From the NCBI GenBank assembly GCA_026986575.1, contig JALSOH010000009.1:203444-267443 (forward strand): a stretch of 64,000 bases of DNA, in the 5' to 3' direction. Position 1 is the first letter of the stretch. Each line of letters begins with the position of its first letter. This document shows, one piece after another, positions 28,031 through 38,210 of the stretch. The notes below the pieces were generated by a model. It did no database searches, was not told the DNA's origin, and saw only the letters and a list, made by a program, of their open reading frames with translations. A program made the position numbers and the translations under genes. Source of the DNA: Thermoproteota archaeon (GTDB lineage: Archaea; Korarchaeota; Korarchaeia; Korarchaeales; Korarchaeaceae).

Positions 28031-28387
28031 ATGAGTGTGAAGATTATGGGTTTGTCTGAGGAAGATTTAAACACCCTCTCCGATATGTTGACTCTCTATC
28101 GTCTACTAATGGACATGATGAACGATCAGGTCATTGAAGAGTTGAGTAAACAGCTCTCTGTTTTAGCCAGGCTCCTGAACGGATTGATAAGCAGTGATCT
28201 CCCATCACTAATTGAGAGAGCGTTGCAAGATCCTGAGCTTGATAGGGCCCTGATTGATCCGCCCAAGATGGGACTCTCTGGCCTCCTTGGGGCTCTAAGA
28301 GATGAGGATTTTCAGAGAGGATTAGGCATAGCTGTTGAGCTGCTGAAGGCTTTGGGAAGGGCTTCTAAGGGGATGGAAGAGGTTTAA
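28031..28387 (+). CDS. DUF1641 domain protein
   Basis: PPKMGLSGLLGALRDEDFQRGLG...LKALG; a usual neighbour of SQR-like genes. Confidence 0.8.
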   Translation: MSVKIMGLSEEDLNTLSDMLTLYRLLMDMMNDQVIEELSKQLSVLARLLNGLISSDLPSLIERALQDPELDRALIDPPKMGLSGLLGALRDEDFQRGLGIAVELLKALGRASKGMEEV

Positions 28388-28668
28388 TTCCCGCTGTAGA
28401 ACGGTCACCCCTTCCTTCTTTTTGAAACCGTTAAAATTGCCCTCCTACTGAACATCCAAAATGCGCGACACTAGGCAAGGCCTCCCTGTGAGGAAAGTTT
28501 TTCAGAGAACTGGAGCTATATACTAGAATGTTTAACGAGATTCGCCCTACTCGCGCGATCCGAATTTGCTTGCGCTCCATGAGATGTTTAGTGTTTAAGG
28601 AAGAATGATTGAAACGTCTTCATAAATGATTAATTATCTTATAATCCTTACTCTCTAATTGGGGGAAG

Positions 28669-29445
28669 ATGAGAGTAAGGGAGTTCATGAGTAGAGATCC
28701 GCTAGTGGTGAGTCCCGATATCACGGTAGCTGAGGCACTGGAGCGGATGAGCGAGAGAGATGTCTGGAGTCCGATCGTTCTGAAGGAAGGCGAGATTATT
28801 GGATTTCTTACGGAGAGGGATGTAATGACCGGAATAATCGCAGCTAGGCTGACTCCTCACCAAGTAAAAGTGGAGGATGTCATGAGCAGGAGATATGGGG
28901 TGCTCAGGCCGGACGAGACGGTGGCCGATGCTGCTAGGGCGATGATGAAGGTGAAGGCCAGGCTCGTGGTGCTAGATAATGGACAGCTTGCTGGCGTCGT
29001 TACGGCAGCTGACATAGTGAGGGCATACGCTGAGACCACCACGACAAGTCCTCCTCTGAAACCCTACGCCACATGGGAGGTCCTGAAGATCCATTCTCAG
29101 GCCAGTGTCAGGGAGGCCGTTAGGATAATGAAGGCGGAGAGAGTTGGTAGCCTCTTGGTAGAGGAGGAGAGAAAAATCAGGGGCATATTCACCGAGAGGG
29201 ACGCAGTGAAGAGGTTCCTTGTAGGTGGAGGTGATCCCTGTGATCCGGTCGGCCGGTACTCCACCTATGATCTCGTGACCCTAGATGCAGGCGCCACACT
29301 AGTTGATGCTGCGAGGTTGATGGCCAGTTCGAGGATAAAGAGGCTCCCCCTCACCTCTGAGGGAGAGGTAAGGGGAATAATAACGGCTAGGGATGTGGTG
29401 GAAGCCATATGGCGGATGACGACGGAGGAGGAGCTGGTGCCCTGA
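28669..29445 (+). CDS. CBS-domain protein (four CBS repeats)
   Basis: Repeated GFLTERD / GVVTAAD / GIFTERD / GIITARD motifs. Confidence 0.9.
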   Translation: MRVREFMSRDPLVVSPDITVAEALERMSERDVWSPIVLKEGEIIGFLTERDVMTGIIAARLTPHQVKVEDVMSRRYGVLRPDETVADAARAMMKVKARLVVLDNGQLAGVVTAADIVRAYAETTTTSPPLKPYATWEVLKIHSQASVREAVRIMKAERVGSLLVEEERKIRGIFTERDAVKRFLVGGGDPCDPVGRYSTYDLVTLDAGATLVDAARLMASSRIKRLPLTSEGEVRGIITARDVVEAIWRMTTEEELVP

Positions 29446-29480
29446 GGTCATCCCAGCTCCAATCCCTGAAGGGTATCAAG

Positions 29481-29714
29481 GTGGTCGGAAAGGTAGTTAT
29501 GACCAGGCGGCAGTACAAGTGCAACTACGTCCCGCTCGTGAAACTTGCCAGCCTCCTCACCAAGCTAAAGGAGGGAGAAGGGATACTCGTGGCTATCGAG
29601 ACTGCTAGATTTAGTATAGAATCAGTTGCAGCCCTGGCGAAGGCTTACGGGGCGAAGATAGAGGCCCTGTCATCTGAAGAGGGGCTGGTCACCCTACTCA
29701 TTAGGAAGGGTTGA
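29481..29714 (+). CDS. TusA/SirA-like sulfur carrier protein
   Basis: RQYKCNYVPLVKL..LKEGE.I.V...LLIRKG resembles the TusA fold with a variant C-P-x-P motif; sulfur-cluster context. Confidence 0.5.
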   Translation: MVGKVVMTRRQYKCNYVPLVKLASLLTKLKEGEGILVAIETARFSIESVAALAKAYGAKIEALSSEEGLVTLLIRKG

Positions 29715-29735
29715 AGGTTTATAGCAGCATTACTC

Positions 29736-30374
29736 GTGAATCGGCCGGATGATGTAGATCGTTTTAACATTCCCCTTCCACTCTCACTGATGCATCTTGG
29801 AGATTACATCTTCCTCCTGCTGACTGCGGTCATGGGGATTGCGGACTTCATCCCCACACTCCTATACTGGATTCAATCCTTGATGAGTAAGGGTGTCGCT
29901 AGGGCCCTAAATGCACCCATAGCCAAAAGGAACTGGCTGGACCGGATCTTTACGATCATTTGGGTTGCTGTAGGAGCCGTCAGCCTGCTGGTGAGTAGAC
30001 CTCCGTCTATCTACACCCTGTTCGTCTTCCTGGCCTTCAAGGGGGGCGCTGACCTAGGTGCCAAGGTCCTCTACAGCATCCACGACTTCAGGGTACTCAA
30101 AGCTGGAACCCCCATGAGGGGAGCACTGCTCATGGCTGTCCTGGTGGCAGCACTACCCAGCATCATCTTCCTATTGACTTGGAAGCTCTTCTATCAGCTC
30201 CTCCTGAACGTGAGCGCCGGTCTTCTCGGGGCCTCGGTCTCCAGAGTCTCGTTGTATCTATGGCTTGCTGGGATGGTCTTCGGTGCTGTTTTCGGTGCTC
30301 TCAGGTCCCGAGGAGAGGGAGGCATCCTCTTGAGGGGTGAGTTGGCTTTGGTGATGGGCTCCGTGTTTCTCTGA
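29736..30374 (+). CDS. Hypothetical multi-pass membrane protein
   Basis: Five to six hydrophobic segments; start uncertain (ATG 29790 possible). Confidence 0.6.
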   Translation: MNRPDDVDRFNIPLPLSLMHLGDYIFLLLTAVMGIADFIPTLLYWIQSLMSKGVARALNAPIAKRNWLDRIFTIIWVAVGAVSLLVSRPPSIYTLFVFLAFKGGADLGAKVLYSIHDFRVLKAGTPMRGALLMAVLVAALPSIIFLLTWKLFYQLLLNVSAGLLGASVSRVSLYLWLAGMVFGAVFGALRSRGEGGILLRGELALVMGSVFL

Positions 30375-30426
30375 CCGAAAGGTTTTCAGCCTCTCCCTTC
30401 GAAAACTATCGTTGTAGGTGTGGCTC

Positions 30427-31644
30427 ATGGACTTGGGTGTGAGGGAGGACTTCCCAATCCTACGAATTGAGGTTAACGGTCATCCTCTCATCTACTTCGA
30501 TAACGCTGCCACAACCCAGAGGCCCATCCAGGTAATAAACGCCATAAAGGAATTTTATGAGACCCTCAATGCCAACGTCCACAGGGGGATACACTACCTG
30601 AGCAGGGAGGCATCTGAACTCTACGAGGGGGCCCACGAGACCTTATCCAAGTTCATAAATGCCGACTTCGATGAGGTGGTCTTCACATCTAACACCACGG
30701 AGTCCATAAACATGGTGGCATGGGGCTGGGCCATTCATCACCTGGGGGAGGGGGACAGAATAGTCACCACGGTGATGGAGCATCACAGCAACATGCTACC
30801 TTGGAGAACGATAGCCGAGTTGACCGGGGCCGAGGTGGTCTACGCCGATGTGGATGAGGAGGGAATGCCCCTCATGGACGAACTTGAATCCTTGATAGAC
30901 GAGAGGACCAAGATTGTGGCTATATCGGGCATGTCCAATGTGACTGGTGCGATTCCCGACGTTGAGAGGGCCGTCAGGGCCGCTCATCAGGTAGATGCTA
31001 TCGTGGTGCTCGACGGCGCCCAGATGGTGCCTCACATGCCTGTCGATGTAAGGAAGCTGGATACGGATTTCCTAGCATTTTCGGGCCATAAGATGCTCGG
31101 GCCAACCGGCACGGGAGTCCTCTACGGGAAGAGAGATCTCCTAGAGGAGATGAGACCGGCTAGGCCCGGAGGGGGTACGATAAGGGATGTCACGCTCGAG
31201 GGGGTGGAGTGGGCCGAGCTGCCGTGGAAGCATGAAGGTGGAACTCCCAACATAGCTGGGGGCATAGGGCTAGCCGAGGCTGCTAGGTACCTCATGAGGG
31301 TGGGCATGGACAGGATAAGGGAGCACGAGAAGGAGCTCACTAATAAGGGGATGGAACTGCTCTCTGAGATGGAGGGTGTGATCGTCTACGGTCCTAGAGA
31401 TGTGGAGAGGAGAGGAGGCATCCTCACGTTCAACGTTGAGGGTATGGATCCCCATATGGTAGGAGCTCTGCTTGACGCTCGGGGGGTAGCTGTCAGGACC
31501 GGGTTGCACTGCGCTCATCCACTACACAGGCGACTGGGAGCTGAAGATGGCACCGTGAGGGCCAGTCTCTACCTGTACAACACCATGGAGGAGGTTGAGA
31601 GGTTCGCCAGCATCCTCAGATCCATCGTTGAGGGAGGGTGGTAA
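30427..31644 (+). CDS. sufS: Cysteine desulfurase, SufS family
   Basis: YFDNAATTQRP, ANVHRG, MEHHSN, FSGHKMLGPTG, RTGLHCA (group II catalytic Cys). Confidence 0.92.
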   Translation: MDLGVREDFPILRIEVNGHPLIYFDNAATTQRPIQVINAIKEFYETLNANVHRGIHYLSREASELYEGAHETLSKFINADFDEVVFTSNTTESINMVAWGWAIHHLGEGDRIVTTVMEHHSNMLPWRTIAELTGAEVVYADVDEEGMPLMDELESLIDERTKIVAISGMSNVTGAIPDVERAVRAAHQVDAIVVLDGAQMVPHMPVDVRKLDTDFLAFSGHKMLGPTGTGVLYGKRDLLEEMRPARPGGGTIRDVTLEGVEWAELPWKHEGGTPNIAGGIGLAEAARYLMRVGMDRIREHEKELTNKGMELLSEMEGVIVYGPRDVERRGGILTFNVEGMDPHMVGALLDARGVAVRTGLHCAHPLHRRLGAEDGTVRASLYLYNTMEEVERFASILRSIVEGGW

Positions 31645-31683
31645 TCTTTATCTAAACTTGTTTCTTATAACAATGGTGAATTA

Positions 31684-32139
31684 ATGATAGGCGTCGGATC
31701 CGAGGCACCCGACTTTACTCTCCCCGATCAGTTCGGCGAGGAAGTGAGCCTCTCGAACTTCAGGGGAAAGAGGGTCGTTATATCCTTTCATCCACTCGCT
31801 TGGACGAGCGTCTGTGAGGAGCAGGTGAGGGATCTCGAAAGCCTCCACAGTGAGCTGACGGAACTCAATGCTGTAGCCCTGAGTATAAGCGTGGATCCCG
31901 TTCCCACGAAGAGGGCGTGGGCCAAGCACATGGGCGTGGTGAAGACACCCCTACTATCGGACTTCTGGCCCCATGGAGAGACTGCTCGCGCGTACGGGCT
32001 GTTCGATGAGGAGAGGGGGATCTCAGGAAGAGCTGTTGTGGTTGTCGACGAGGAGGGCAGGGTGATCTACGCTAGGGAATATCCCCTTAGGGAGAAGCCA
32101 GATATGAGGGAGGTCCTCGAGTTCCTCAGGTCCAAGTGA
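31684..32139 (+). CDS. Peroxiredoxin (AhpE/BCP-like)
   Basis: APDFTL, FHPLAWTSVC (P-x3-T-x2-C), LLSDFWPHG. Confidence 0.9.
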   Translation: MIGVGSEAPDFTLPDQFGEEVSLSNFRGKRVVISFHPLAWTSVCEEQVRDLESLHSELTELNAVALSISVDPVPTKRAWAKHMGVVKTPLLSDFWPHGETARAYGLFDEERGISGRAVVVVDEEGRVIYAREYPLREKPDMREVLEFLRSK

Positions 32140-32344
32140 CGCGGTCAGCGCCCTTAGGAGGACGGGGTGATCTCCACCAGAAGCAACTCCCCATCCCGAA
32201 CTCGCTTGATCGATTCAATGATCTTCAATTAGTTCGTCCGAGGCCGTTTCCGTGCAGGCCGTGCGTATCCGACTGTACTCAAGTGCAAATAAGACAGATG
32301 CCTGCTTATAAACAGCGTAATATCGTCAAGTGCCTAGTGAGATT

Positions 32345-33934
32345 ATGAGCTTCCTGAAGAAGCAGTGGCCTTGGTGGACCGCCGGTGTACTGACCGGCCT
32401 TGCTGAGGCCATAAATTACTGGTTCCTCCCCTTAGGGCACCCTAAGCACAAGTTCATAGGCGTGACTTCAGGAATGGCTAGGATGCTGGCCGGCTTGGAG
32501 GCCAGGCTCACGGGGCACAGCCTAATCGCCACCAAACCGGACTACCAGCCCGACATACAGTGGGTGATACTAGGTGCTATTCTGACGGGGCTTGTTCTGG
32601 CCTACCTAGAGGAGGACATAAGGAGCTGGGTGAGGTATCCCAAGGGCTTCCTCGTATTCACCGCTCTAGGAGCCTTCATGTTCGCTTGGGGCACCAGGGT
32701 TGCAGGAGGGTGTACGCTGCACCACCTCCTAGGAGGCTGGGCGGCGATGAATGTGAAGAGTTTCGTGGTGATGATCACCGCGACGATTGCAGCAGGGATA
32801 GGCATAATGATAATGAGCAAGTTCGGACTGGTCCAGTACTTCAAGTCCCAGGACACCAAGTGGTACGTGGAGGATGCGAAGAAGAGGGGATGGGCTGATG
32901 GCCTTACATTGGACTTCAACTACAACCCAGGGAGGGATTGGCTGAGGGTCCTGCTCTATGCGTTCTGGGCTGTTTTCGCGCTGGTCATACTAGCCAACGC
33001 CCTGTTCGGCATTGACTATGCTGTCCAGATGGGATGGGCAGAGAGCTTGGCCAAGACCAAGATAGCGAAGCACATGCTCACACCTCAGAACCTGCCCAAC
33101 ATAATCATGCTAATGGTGGTCGGTGGTCTCCTTGGTGCAAGCGTGGCCAAGACCGGAATAGGTACTGAGTGCGCCGTTTTGAACGCGGAGATGGGTCCCA
33201 TAATAGAGAAGGACGAGTTGAAGTTCGCGAGGAGATGGAAGATGCCCTACTCGATAAGGACCATATTCATGGGGATGCAACCCTTCACCGCCCTCGCGGT
33301 TCACATAATCATAGCGAGCACGGCGTTTTTCGTGGGCTTTGCCCTCTTCGGTATCATGGAAGGCCATCACTGGGCCACGAAGGAGTTCGCAGAGGCCTTC
33401 GCCCGCGCCACCGGTTTGGAGTTCCACAAGACGGGTGTGGCCATAAGGGAGATGACTACCCTACCGATGGACATATTCGGCGGCTTCCTCTTGGGGATGG
33501 GCACCGTGTTCATGCTGGGGTGCGAGTTCAGGAACTACGGAAGGACAGGTCTCCTCTACATAACTGGACTACTGATATGGCCGTTCTTCTATCTAGGTTA
33601 CCTGCCTTACACCCTTGCTAGAGACTTCTGGGATGGTCTGATGGCTTGCTGCTCTTACTCCCCGACCACGTTCCTGCCAGCGCTCATAACCATGGACAGA
33701 ACTGGGCAGATAGTGGTGTGGGCCCTGTACATCCTGCTCTGGGTGGCTTTGCTGGTGTGGGCCCTCAGGTTTGGGGCCAAGAAGCTCGGCGTCTCTGTGA
33801 AGGACTTACTCACTAAGAACTCCGAAGAGCTCTACATTCAGAGGATAAAGCTTCTCCAAGAGAGAGATCCTAAGTACTTCGAGGAGCTCGGCAGGGTGGA
33901 GAGGGAGCTAGCCAAGGAGGCAGCTTCCCTCTGA
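32345..33934 (+). CDS. YeeE/YedE-family sulfur (thiosulfate) transporter
   Basis: Multi-pass membrane protein with three conserved Cys motifs: AGGCT, GTECA, LGCE. Confidence 0.8.
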   Translation: MSFLKKQWPWWTAGVLTGLAEAINYWFLPLGHPKHKFIGVTSGMARMLAGLEARLTGHSLIATKPDYQPDIQWVILGAILTGLVLAYLEEDIRSWVRYPKGFLVFTALGAFMFAWGTRVAGGCTLHHLLGGWAAMNVKSFVVMITATIAAGIGIMIMSKFGLVQYFKSQDTKWYVEDAKKRGWADGLTLDFNYNPGRDWLRVLLYAFWAVFALVILANALFGIDYAVQMGWAESLAKTKIAKHMLTPQNLPNIIMLMVVGGLLGASVAKTGIGTECAVLNAEMGPIIEKDELKFARRWKMPYSIRTIFMGMQPFTALAVHIIIASTAFFVGFALFGIMEGHHWATKEFAEAFARATGLEFHKTGVAIREMTTLPMDIFGGFLLGMGTVFMLGCEFRNYGRTGLLYITGLLIWPFFYLGYLPYTLARDFWDGLMACCSYSPTTFLPALITMDRTGQIVVWALYILLWVALLVWALRFGAKKLGVSVKDLLTKNSEELYIQRIKLLQERDPKYFEELGRVERELAKEAASL

Positions 33935-33967
33935 ACACCTTCCTTTTACCTTTTTATCTGACCATCC

Positions 33968-34525
33968 TTGCTGAGAGGGAGTTGGATGGAGGTAAAGGCC
34001 ATCTGGTTGAGGAGGCTCGCGGACATTTCGGGGATGATGGCCTTCTTCCCGCTGCTGTCCCTGATATCCTACGTATCCGAACTGGTTGGACTGACCTTGG
34101 CGCTCCACCTCTACTTGACACTCACCGTCGCATTAGCTTCAATATTTCTCTGGAAGGTCAGGTGGCCGGATCCACGGAGGACCACGCTCTCGGCTCTGGT
34201 GATGGGCCTGAGCGCGGTCCTACTGATCGCCGCCCTAGTCCCAAATACACATTCCGGGATGATGTCCAACTTGGGCACCGTCGCTTCCATGCTCGTGATG
34301 GGGTTATACGCCCATAGCGTTGCTAGAGTGACCGGCATCAGGAAGTTGGATAGATTTGGAGGTCTGGTCGTTCTGGGGTCATTCCTCATCGTGATAAGGG
34401 AAAGCTTGATTGTCCTGATCGCGCTGCTCCTCCTCAGCTTGGGATTAGGAGGGATAAGTCAGTATCTCAGGATGGTTCTGGCCCTATCCAAGCAGGGAGG
34501 TTGGAAAGGAGCGAGTGGGGGCTGA
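33968..34525 (+). CDS. Hypothetical membrane protein
   Basis: About six TM segments; C-terminal half resembles the next ORF. Confidence 0.6.
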   Translation: MLRGSWMEVKAIWLRRLADISGMMAFFPLLSLISYVSELVGLTLALHLYLTLTVALASIFLWKVRWPDPRRTTLSALVMGLSAVLLIAALVPNTHSGMMSNLGTVASMLVMGLYAHSVARVTGIRKLDRFGGLVVLGSFLIVIRESLIVLIALLLLSLGLGGISQYLRMVLALSKQGGWKGASGG

Positions 34526-34618
34526 GCCAAGATCTAGGGAATGGTGGAGATGCAACCAAAGATAGCCTGAGGATGTCCCCTCTTTGCTTTTTATTATACT
34601 AGGGGGTATGGGATTAGA

Positions 34619-35140
34619 ATGGATCCTCTGGAGCACATGTCAGCCGCGCTTATGATGGCCTCTCTCTATCCAGTGCTGGTCGTCGTTGCGGTCCTCATGA
34701 TAAGCCTGCCCGTGTTGGCCATAGTTGAGATGTACTTCCTCATCACCTTCCTCTACCTCTCCGCATCCACTTACATGACGGGGAAATCCTTGGGTTCCAA
34801 GAGGCTCACCGTCTACTCCTCACTCGTGATCCTAGTCTTGGCAGTAAGTGAGATAGCTATATGGATTGTCAGACCTTCGGAGATCACGGGTCTATCTGTC
34901 CTCCTATCCAAGGCGGTGGTCTACCTGCTCACTGGTTCGTCCCTCATGCTCCTGTCCTCGCTGCTCCGAATAGACAGGTTGAAGATCCAAGGGCTCGTGG
35001 TAGTCGTGGGAAGCGGCCTGGTAGTGATCCCCTATCCGATCTCTGCCATCACCGGCCTCGTACTCATGTTCTTGGGATGCTGGTCATCCTCGCATCTAAT
35101 AGCGATGACTCGAGGGAAGGCACGAGAAGGGGAGCAGTAA
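34619..35140 (+). CDS. Hypothetical membrane protein
   Basis: About six TM segments. Confidence 0.6.
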   Translation: MDPLEHMSAALMMASLYPVLVVVAVLMISLPVLAIVEMYFLITFLYLSASTYMTGKSLGSKRLTVYSSLVILVLAVSEIAIWIVRPSEITGLSVLLSKAVVYLLTGSSLMLLSSLLRIDRLKIQGLVVVVGSGLVVIPYPISAITGLVLMFLGCWSSSHLIAMTRGKAREGEQ

Positions 35141-35170
35141 GGCTTATCCGGTCTTGGGAGGGGTGGTCCC

Positions 35171-35968
35171 GTGGGCTCGGTGCTCGATCTCGCCATCTCG
35201 GTGCTAAGGGATCTGTCCGGCGATGATGTGATAGTGGCGAGCTTCTACTCCGGCCTTTTCGTAGCCATGACCACCACCTTGGGCTCTGTACCTGTTCTCG
35301 CTAGGAGAAAAGGTAAGGATATGGAAATGACACTCTCCTTGGCGTTTGCAGCCGGGGTCATGCTCGTAGCGAGCTTCACCAGCCTGATACTGCCAGCCCT
35401 CGAGATGACGGACTTCTACGTGGTGGGCGTTGGGATACTTCTGGGGGTCCTCACCATATTCGCCGTGGACAGGTTGATCCCACACGAGCACTTCCTCAAG
35501 GGATACGAGGGTCCCGAGCATGGGAGGAGGATGTTGAAGAGGATCTGGCTGATAGCGATGGCGATGTTGATACATAACCTGCCAGAGGGCCTTGCGGTTG
35601 GGACGACGATGGCCTACTCGGTCCCGGTGGGCGTGGCCACGGCAGTGGCAATAGGCGTTCAGGACATGCCCGAAGGGCTAGCAGTAGCCCTTCCCGTCGC
35701 CGAACTCAGAGGCAGGTGGATGGGATTCGTGATTGGGGCCCTCAGCGGTTTAAGTGAGATGATCATGGTCCTAGTAGGTGCATCCCTCTTCTCTCACTTC
35801 AAGGTGATCCTCCCTCTCGGCATGGCCTTCTCCGGGGGGGCGATGCTATACGTAACCCTCAAGGAAGCTATTCCCGAGATATACGGGGAGGGCTCGTCCG
35901 AGCTAAAGGCCACTATCGGATTGCTGGCGGGCTTCTACCTGATGCTCTTCTTGGATTCAATGCTCTGA
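35171..35968 (+). CDS. ZIP-family metal transporter (ZupT/GufA-like)
   Basis: AFAAGVML, PHEH, IHNLPEGLAVG, QDMPEGLAV, GAMLYV..E.IPE. Confidence 0.92.
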   Translation: MGSVLDLAISVLRDLSGDDVIVASFYSGLFVAMTTTLGSVPVLARRKGKDMEMTLSLAFAAGVMLVASFTSLILPALEMTDFYVVGVGILLGVLTIFAVDRLIPHEHFLKGYEGPEHGRRMLKRIWLIAMAMLIHNLPEGLAVGTTMAYSVPVGVATAVAIGVQDMPEGLAVALPVAELRGRWMGFVIGALSGLSEMIMVLVGASLFSHFKVILPLGMAFSGGAMLYVTLKEAIPEIYGEGSSELKATIGLLAGFYLMLFLDSML

Positions 35969-36871
35969 TTCCCCACTGTCCAGAGCTGGGGTCGGAAGCT
36001 TCTCCTCAATCACGTAGGGCATCCTCGCCCTAGATACCACGAACGGAGACTTCATCTCCTCTAGGTATCGGAGGGCTATCCTCTTCCCCAGCCTGGTGAG
36101 CGCGAACACCGGTATCCCTATCCCCAGCTGCATCAGGGCCCTCCTCCTAATCCTCCTGAGGACAAGCCTCGAGGCGCTCGAGCATACTATGTCAGCCATC
36201 TCCAAGTACCTTAAATGCTCCTCAGGGACCAAGGTGTTGCATGTCGAGAAGATCGCTAGTTTCGCTCCCTCAACACTCTCCTCCAATTCCCTCAATTGCG
36301 GGATTATCTCCGCGTTCAATCCGATTACGGTAACAGCCACCCTCCTGAAACCCTCCCGGAAGGCCCTCCTCACCCCTTCAACCTGATCTATCCTCGGCGG
36401 ATCGAGCACCTCCCCACCCATACCCTCTACCCTCCTGACCACCTTGAGTATCGGAGTTGTCCTGATGAGACCGGTCATGGCGGCGCCTATGCCTTGCACC
36501 AATTCCGGGTTCTCGGTGATCACGGTACCGACCCCATCGCAAACCACCACCGCCGCATCGAGGATCTCACCCATGACCGCACTTATCATCTCTGAACTTC
36601 CGAACGGAACGATCCTGTCGGACTTCAAGGACCTGTGCGGACAGAAGTGACCGTACTCCTCGATCTTTCTCTTTATTATCCTCCTGACAGCTTCCCTGTC
36701 CACCCTATCTATCCCATAAACGGCCCTGACGTAGGGACAGCTGACTACAGCGGGATCAGTAAGTACCTCGACTTTACAGCCCCTGATTCTCACCCTAGCT
36801 CCTCTGCAGAGGAGTTCGTGGACCGGTTCCCCCAATCTCTGATCCGCCTTCTCGTCGGTCAAGCCACTCAC
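35957..36871 (-). CDS. DUF2099 / methanogenesis marker 8 family protein
   Basis: VVSCP, FCPHR, VPFGSSE, LDAAVVVCDGVGTVIT.NPELVQGIG, IDQVEGV, RVAVTV. Confidence 0.8.
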   Translation of the reverse strand: MSGLTDEKADQRLGEPVHELLCRGARVRIRGCKVEVLTDPAVVSCPYVRAVYGIDRVDREAVRRIIKRKIEEYGHFCPHRSLKSDRIVPFGSSEMISAVMGEILDAAVVVCDGVGTVITENPELVQGIGAAMTGLIRTTPILKVVRRVEGMGGEVLDPPRIDQVEGVRRAFREGFRRVAVTVIGLNAEIIPQLRELEESVEGAKLAIFSTCNTLVPEEHLRYLEMADIVCSSASRLVLRRIRRRALMQLGIGIPVFALTRLGKRIALRYLEEMKSPFVVSRARMPYVIEEKLPTPALDSGESEH

Positions 36872-37037
36872 CAGTACGTAGGACGACTCCTGACAAAAGG
36901 GATAAAGATTGTCGGTGATTTATCCCAACTTAGGATGGGACTGCCCGTTCGTCCAATAGAAAGGTAGTTTTGTGTTAGAGTTGATTGACTGTTTGCAAGG
37001 GCTCTCATTAACTTTATTGATCCAAAATCCTCGGGGA

Positions 37038-38210
37038 TCAACTTCCGCCCGACCCTATAGAGTTCAGCCTGTAAATGCACGCAAGATCCTCGCCCAGTAT
37101 GTCCCCAGTCAATGCAAGGGCCCTAGCTCTACTACCGCCGCATACGTGTCTGTACTCGCAGCTCCCGCATCTCCCCCTGAATTCAGCCCTCTTAATCCTT
37201 CTCAGGATCTCGTTCTCCCTGTATATCCTCACGATGTCCTCAGACCTCACGTTACCCAGTCTGTAAGGCGCGAAACCGCTGGGGTACACATCCCCGTTGT
37301 ATGAGACGAATAGAATACCATATCCGTCCCTAGTTTGAGCTGATCTCATTGAGGGCTTCCCCATTTGAGGACCCATCAGGTCTGTGAGTCTCCTCGTGAG
37401 CCTTCTGTAGAGGTCTCCCAACCCGTGCTTCCGGGCGATCCTGTCCACGTAATCACCACCGCCACTCACATCCTCCACCATCTCCCCCCTCCTAGTGAGG
37501 TAGACCCTTCTGAAGAACGGAGCCTCGACGGTCCTCACCTCAATCCCGTACTTGGAGACCTCGAAGAGGAAGTGAACCACATCCTCGTACTCCCGGGGGG
37601 ATAGGTCCGTTAGCTCCACCCCCCTACCCACCTTGATTAGGAAGAAGAGCTCCCAGATCTTCACGCCCAGCCCGGTGAGGAGGTGAGCTATTTCCGGGAG
37701 ATCGATCACGCTCTCCTTTGATACGAGGGTGTTAACTTGAAGTATCCACCTATCGCCGTCATCAGCGAGCCCCCTTAGAACCTCAAGCGTGGCCTCGAAG
37801 TGGCCCCGAACCCCTCTTATGTAATCGTGCGTCTCACGCATGCCGTCCAGGCTTATTGATATGAAGCGAACTCCGTACCTCGAGAGCATTTCCAGCGAGC
37901 TCAAGAGTTTCTCGGTTACCGCCGGGGCTATGCCCACCCTCAAGCCCGAATTCCTCGCGTACCTCAAGATCTCCTCCAAGTCCTCCCTCATTAGTGGATC
38001 CCCGCCGGTGAGAATCAACACAGGATAGGGCTCGCCGAATCCCCTGATCTGATCGATCAGCTCCTTACCCTCCTCCGTAGAGAGTTCCCCAGGCAGAGGA
38101 TTGGGAATAGCCTCGGCACGACAATGCCTGCACTTCAGGAGGCAGGCCTTGGTCATCTCCCAGAAGATTAGTATGGGTTTCTCATCTAAGTTCAGTCTTG
38201 AATGAGGCAT
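37038..38210 (-). CDS. Radical SAM/SPASM protein (TIGR04053-like, NirJ/AhbD-related)
   Basis: IFWEMTKACLLKCRHCRAEA, LTGGDPL, DVYPSGF, GRCGSCEYRHVCGGSRARA; likely start ATG 38210. Confidence 0.85.
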   Translation of the reverse strand: MPHSRLNLDEKPILIFWEMTKACLLKCRHCRAEAIPNPLPGELSTEEGKELIDQIRGFGEPYPVLILTGGDPLMREDLEEILRYARNSGLRVGIAPAVTEKLLSSLEMLSRYGVRFISISLDGMRETHDYIRGVRGHFEATLEVLRGLADDGDRWILQVNTLVSKESVIDLPEIAHLLTGLGVKIWELFFLIKVGRGVELTDLSPREYEDVVHFLFEVSKYGIEVRTVEAPFFRRVYLTRRGEMVEDVSGGGDYVDRIARKHGLGDLYRRLTRRLTDLMGPQMGKPSMRSAQTRDGYGILFVSYNGDVYPSGFAPYRLGNVRSEDIVRIYRENEILRRIKRAEFRGRCGSCEYRHVCGGSRARALALTGDILGEDLACIYRLNSIGSGGS

